Shown: positions 27,898 to 32,000 of the stretch, piece by piece
Position numbering within the stretch: the stretch's first letter is position 1
Layout of the letters: every line of letters starts with the position of its first letter
Assembly (NCBI GenBank): GCA_019056805.1
Contig: DXJG01000002.1
Span: 60,517-92,516, forward strand
DNA from: Candidatus Baldrarchaeota archaeon
GTDB taxonomy: Archaea; Asgardarchaeota; Baldrarchaeia; Baldrarchaeales; DXJG01
Length of the DNA: 32,000 nt
Reading direction: 5' to 3'
The notes under the pieces: model-generated
What the model saw: the letters and a program-made list of their open reading frames with translations, nothing else
Told to the model about the DNA's origin: nothing
Database searches by the model: none
Translations under genes and position numbers: made by a program

Positions 27898-28800
27898 CTA
27901 AACCTTATGAGCCAAACCTACGATGTCACTAATTCTCTTATACCCGCTTTTTTCTAAAAAATCTTCTAATCCTTTTGTGATTTCTCTAAAAATTGATAAT
28001 CCTTTCGCTATACCACTACCAATTTGTACAGCAGAAGCACCTGCCATAAAAAACTCAACAGCGTCTTGCCACTTACAAATCCCACCAACCCCCACAATGG
28101 GTACATTAACAGCCCTATAAATCTCGTAAACACATCTAACGGCAATAGGTTTGATAGCAGGACCAGACAGACCCCCAAAAACATTATTCAAAACCGGTTT
28201 CCCAATTTCAATATTTATATACATCGCTTTAACCGTATTAATTGCTGTAATAGCATCGGCGCCTGCATCAACAGCAACCTTAGCAATTTCCGTAATATCA
28301 GTAACATTAGGCGTCAATTTAACAAAAACAGGTATATTAACTGCACCCTTCACAGCCTTAACAATCTGATATGTCAATTCTGGACTTTGACCGATTAAGC
28401 CAGCCCTAGCATGAGGACAGGAAACATTCAACTCTAAAGCATCGATACCAGCCTTTTCCAGTTTTAAAGCAACTTCAACAAACTCCTCAACCTGTTCTCC
28501 AACGACACTTCCAATAACAGGCGCCCCTCCTTCCTTTGCAATTGCTACTTCTTTCACAAAATAATCTACACCAGGATTAGGCAGTCCCATAGCATTAATA
28601 AAACCACAATCAACTTTAACAATCGTAGGATTAAGGTAACCAGATCTTGGATGAAGACTAATAGACTTGGTGACAACAGCTCCAGCTCCAGCCATAGCCA
28701 CTTTCCTCAAAAGCTTCCCGCTAATCCCAAGAACTCCTGAAGCTAACATCGTAGGATTTCTAAGGTGAATTCCAGCAATATCAACTGAAAGACTAACCAT
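27898..28800 (-). CDS. pyrD: Dihydroorotate dehydrogenase 1B catalytic subunit
   Basis: NPTMLASG, GYLNPT..INAMGLPNPG, ELNVSCPH, VKLTPN, AINT and GGLSGPAIKP. ATG 28800 (alternative GTG 28812). Confidence 0.96.
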   Translation of the reverse strand: MVSLSVDIAGIHLRNPTMLASGVLGISGKLLRKVAMAGAGAVVTKSISLHPRSGYLNPTIVKVDCGFINAMGLPNPGVDYFVKEVAIAKEGGAPVIGSVVGEQVEEFVEVALKLEKAGIDALELNVSCPHARAGLIGQSPELTYQIVKAVKGAVNIPVFVKLTPNVTDITEIAKVAVDAGADAITAINTVKAMYINIEIGKPVLNNVFGGLSGPAIKPIAVRCVYEIYRAVNVPIVGVGGICKWQDAVEFFMAGASAVQIGSGIAKGLSIFREITKGLEDFLEKSGYKRISDIVGLAHKV

Positions 28801-28902
28801 AACTAAATCCACCGTCTTTTCATTCTCTTCATATTATAACTTGAATATAAGTCAATAACTTTCCGTTTATTAAGTTAGGTTCATTGTAATTAGAAACCTA
28901 TT

Positions 28903-28950
28903 CTACATGTATCACCTAATAGAAGCTTACGTTCACCCACTACATGTATC
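28903..28950. repeat. Two copies of CTACATGTATC (palindromic core TACATGTA) 37 bp apart, upstream of pyrD
   Basis: Copies at 28903-28913 and 28940-28950. Function is inferred only. Confidence 0.45.
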
Positions 28951-29383
28951 CCTAAAATCAAAAATGCTACTGAGACATGGACTTACTAATATTTTGCGCA
29001 TAAGAAAAGAGTGATGATAGTATAATGGTTCTAAAATTAACATTATAAAAACTTGAGAGTAGAATGACGAAAACATACTAAATGAATCATTTGGTTCAAT
29101 TCCCTTGTTGTTTTCCTTCATAAAATAAACAAAACAACTACTTTAGGTAGTAATTGGATCCCGCTATTCTTAAATAGTTGAATTTGAAATTTAAAGTTAG
29201 AAAGATTGAAAGTATTCTTCGCCCAAAGTAAGCGGAGAACATAATCATAATTTAATCTCTTGAATAAATGAAAACATAATAAGGACAAATGTTGTCGGTC
29301 CAGGTAATAAGCAATAATTTATCAGTTCCAATATATAGATTAGAAAATACTGAGAGTAACCGATGATGCTGGGAGGGTGACAT

Positions 29384-30622
29384 TTGAAAAAAATACACAT
29401 AATAGAAACCATATTGGGTATAATAGCAGCAGATGAGCAGGGAAATGTATTAGAAAAAGAACTATTCGAGAAAAACCCGGAAGAGATAGCAGAGAAAATA
29501 TACAAATTGCAACGAGGAGAAGTAATACCTGAACTTCAACGCATTATTCAAAAAACAAAAGACGCTGAAGAAATAATAGTAGAAGACGACTCCCTCGTAA
29601 AATCGCTAAAAGATATATGTTCAACAAAAATAACTGTTGAAAAACCAAGTACAATAGCTCAGCAAATAAGAGCACAAATTCCCGAATTAGCCCAACAATA
29701 TGATTACATAAAAACACTTCAAGAATATATACAGCTAACTCGACAAATAGCTACCTATCTAACAAGGAGAAAAATCAGAACAGCAGCTGAAAAAAGAGAT
29801 CAACTCATAGCACAAGCAATAGAAACAATTGATGATATCGATAAAACTGTAAATCTTTTCGCTTCAAGAATACGTGAATGGTACGGATTACATTTCCCAG
29901 AACTAAACAAACTAGTAGAAGAACATAGAACTTACATGAGACTGGTATCTGAATTAGGGTTAAGAAAAAATTATACAAAAGAAAAACTACAAAAAATGGG
30001 ATTTCCATCTGAAAGAATTAAAGAACTCGAAGAAGCAGCAAAAACTTCCATGGGCGCAAACATAGCAGAAGAAGATATGCAACCCATACAAAAGTTTGCA
30101 GATATAACACTAACCCTGTACAGATTAAGGAAAGAATTAGAAGAGTACATTGATGAATCTATGAAAGAAACAGCACCAAACATAAGAGGACTAGTAGGAT
30201 CGTTACTAGGAGCAAGATTAATCAGCTTAGCAGGATCATTGGAAGAACTAGCCAGAATGCCAGCATCAACAATTCAAGTACTCGGCGCAGAAAAAGCCCT
30301 TTTCCGTGCACTACGAACAGGTGCAAGACCACCAAAACACGGAGTTCTTTTCCAATTCCCCGCGATCCACGGTTCCCCTAGATGGCAACGAGGAAAAATA
30401 GCCCGTGCAGTTGCTGGAAAACTAGCAATCGCCGCAAGAATTGACGCTTTTTCCGGGGAATATATGGCAGACGAACTAAGAGCAGATCTCGAAAGACGTA
30501 TTGAAGAAATAAAGAAGAAATATCCAAAGCCTCCGAAGAGAAAAAAGCCAGAAAAAGTTAAAAAAATAAAATTGCACAAAAAAGGAAAGAGAAAAAGAAG
30601 AAAAGAAAAGAGGGAAAAATAA
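29384..30622 (+). CDS. nop5: C/D box sRNP scaffold Nop5 (Nop56/58)
   Basis: RIREWYGLHFPEL, APNIRGLVGSLLGARLI, PASTIQVLGAEKALF, PPKHGVLF, RGKIARAVAGKLAIAARID and a Lys-rich tail. Confidence 0.96.
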   Translation: MKKIHIIETILGIIAADEQGNVLEKELFEKNPEEIAEKIYKLQRGEVIPELQRIIQKTKDAEEIIVEDDSLVKSLKDICSTKITVEKPSTIAQQIRAQIPELAQQYDYIKTLQEYIQLTRQIATYLTRRKIRTAAEKRDQLIAQAIETIDDIDKTVNLFASRIREWYGLHFPELNKLVEEHRTYMRLVSELGLRKNYTKEKLQKMGFPSERIKELEEAAKTSMGANIAEEDMQPIQKFADITLTLYRLRKELEEYIDESMKETAPNIRGLVGSLLGARLISLAGSLEELARMPASTIQVLGAEKALFRALRTGARPPKHGVLFQFPAIHGSPRWQRGKIARAVAGKLAIAARIDAFSGEYMADELRADLERRIEEIKKKYPKPPKRKKPEKVKKIKLHKKGKRKRRKEKREK

Positions 30623-30623
30623 T

Positions 30624-31322
30624 ATGAGTGCAAAAGTTGAACTTCATGAAAAATTTGAAAATATTTACTGGGCAATTTTTGAAGACACGGGAGAAAAAAA
30701 GTTAGCAACAAAGAATTTAGCACCCGGTTATGCGGTTTATGGTGAACGTTTAATAAAATATAAAGGAGAAGAGTATCGTTTATGGGATCCATACAGATCA
30801 AAACTAGCAGCAGCAATACTTAGAGGAATAAATTTTGTTCCAATAAAAACGGGAGATCGTATCTTATATCTAGGAGCCGCTACTGGATCAACTAGTTCTC
30901 ATTGTAGCGACATTGTAGGACCTAACGGCATTGTTTATTGTGTAGAGTTCTCACCTCGAGTTTTAAGAGAACTAGTAGGTGTTACAGAACATCATAAAAA
31001 TATGATACCCCTACTTGAAGATGCACGCTTCCCTTGGAAATACAGAATGTTAGTACCCCAGGTTGATGTTATTTATCAAGATGTCGCACAACCTGAACAA
31101 GCTAAGATATTAGCAGACAATGCTGAATTCTTCCTAAAACCTAATGGTTGGGCCTTGTTAGCAATTAAGGCTCGAAGTGTTGATGTTACTGCAGAACCTT
31201 CCGAAGTCTATAAAAAGGAAATAGAAACATTAGAGAAAAGGAATTTTGAAATAAAAGATGTAGTACACTTAGAACCATTTGATAAGGCACATGCATTTCT
31301 TGTGATGCAATATAAACCATAA
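30624..31322 (+). CDS. flpA: Fibrillarin-like rRNA/tRNA 2'-O-methyltransferase
   Basis: LATKNLAPG..VYGE, WDPYRSKLAAAI, LYLGAATGST, VEFSPR, EDARFP and DVAQPEQ. Confidence 0.97.
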   Translation: MSAKVELHEKFENIYWAIFEDTGEKKLATKNLAPGYAVYGERLIKYKGEEYRLWDPYRSKLAAAILRGINFVPIKTGDRILYLGAATGSTSSHCSDIVGPNGIVYCVEFSPRVLRELVGVTEHHKNMIPLLEDARFPWKYRMLVPQVDVIYQDVAQPEQAKILADNAEFFLKPNGWALLAIKARSVDVTAEPSEVYKKEIETLEKRNFEIKDVVHLEPFDKAHAFLVMQYKP

Positions 31323-31333
31323 GGAATTCTCAC

Positions 31334-31362
31334 TTTTCATTTTTAATTCTTTTATTTTTATT
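31334..31362 (+). terminator. T-rich tract after flpA, candidate archaeal intrinsic terminator
   Basis: TTTTCATTTTTAATTCTTTTATTTTTATT begins 12 nt after the stop codon. Confidence 0.5.
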
Positions 31363-31448
31363 CAGCCCATAACATAACATCGTTCAGCGGACATGGAATT
31401 CGGTAAGCATATATAGTAGTTTAATTTGTCAAAAAGTAGGGTTGAAAT

Positions 31449-31928
31449 ATGAGCGAAGACAAATTTTTAAGAGTTATATGGAAGTATGAGATAGAAAGAA
31501 TCAATGATCATTTGCCTAAGAAGACTAGATCCCTATCGAGTCTCTTAGAAGATGAAGATCCATATGTCATTTCTAGAGATGGTAGTAATTTTACCATAGA
31601 TAAGGATGAGTTGAACTTTCTTGCTTCTTTTATACCCAAGGAGCTTCATGATTTTATTAGGCTTCCTATTGTTCTTATTCGTAGATTAGATCTGGGTAGA
31701 GGAGTTTTTACTATTAGTGGTGGAAAACTCGAGCGGTTCGTTATTCATAAACTTTTAAAGAATACAAACGCTTCATTTTCAGAATATAGAAACATAGAAC
31801 TACCTCTATACATCTATTGGCCTCACGTTGTTGAATTAAGAAGAAGATTTAAAACCATTATTACAATCGGATTTGGAGTTTCTAAGAAAGATATGGATGA
31901 CGCTAGAAGATTTCTTAGAGGTTATTGA
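31449..31928 (+). CDS. DUF61/UPF0216 family protein
   Basis: EIERINDHLPKKTRSLSSLLEDEDPYVISRDG..IDKDEL..RLPIVL pattern. Confidence 0.75.
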   Translation: MSEDKFLRVIWKYEIERINDHLPKKTRSLSSLLEDEDPYVISRDGSNFTIDKDELNFLASFIPKELHDFIRLPIVLIRRLDLGRGVFTISGGKLERFVIHKLLKNTNASFSEYRNIELPLYIYWPHVVELRRRFKTIITIGFGVSKKDMDDARRFLRGY

Positions 31929-32000
31929 TGCTTTATTGATAGCGATTAGTTTTTAAGTCAGTTGTTTATCCTATTTTTTAGAAATCAAGAGGCAGTTATC

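Noticed and set aside
29011-29060. GTGATGA C-box upstream of nop5 suggesting a C/D sRNA
   Set aside because: No CTGA D or D' box at the expected spacing.
30520-30622. Lys/Arg-rich, A-rich Nop5 tail as a repeat or NLS-like novelty
   Set aside because: Basic tails are normal in Nop5/56/58 proteins.
15628-30816. Other shadow ORFs within glmS, gatE, gatD, pyrK, pyrD and nop5, plus 28933-29121 and 29245-29505
   Set aside because: No SD, no recognisable domain, and low-complexity composition mirroring the real gene or AT-rich spacer.
1-32000. CRISPR array, rRNA, SRP or RNase P RNA, IS elements
   Set aside because: No regularly spaced repeats, no long GC-rich structured island other than the tRNA, and no transposase ORF.

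Overview
AT-rich archaeal chromosomal window, probably TACK or Asgard lineage (inferred from S30e, GatDE, Nop5/fibrillarin and bulge-helix-bulge tRNA introns). It is mostly housekeeping: mcm (partial, intein), hel308 (intein), purB, tRNA-Pro(GGG), thpR, a COG1223-type AAA ATPase, an NMP-kinase-like/UPF0201 pair, rnz, trm11, two uncharacterised radical SAM genes flanking a Zn-ribbon gene, glmS, an ArsR-type regulator, gatE/gatD, elp3, rps30e (missed by the ORF track), a large secreted S8 protease, pyrK/pyrD, nop5/fibrillarin and DUF61. No CRISPR array, transposase or integrase was seen. Best leads: (1) the surface subtilase is split by a G8 tract directly before its catalytic His, consistent with phase variation or slippage, and is preceded by a perfect 17-bp inverted repeat; (2) the Hel308 intein has no homing endonuclease but carries a winged-helix domain; (3) tRNA-Pro has two introns, one in the D-loop; (4) a strong kb-scale, strand-specific A/C versus T/G skew flips around the tRNA and steps sharply at the MCM intein junction; (5) hel308 probably starts at ATT. 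All protein family calls come from motif recognition; no database searches were run.
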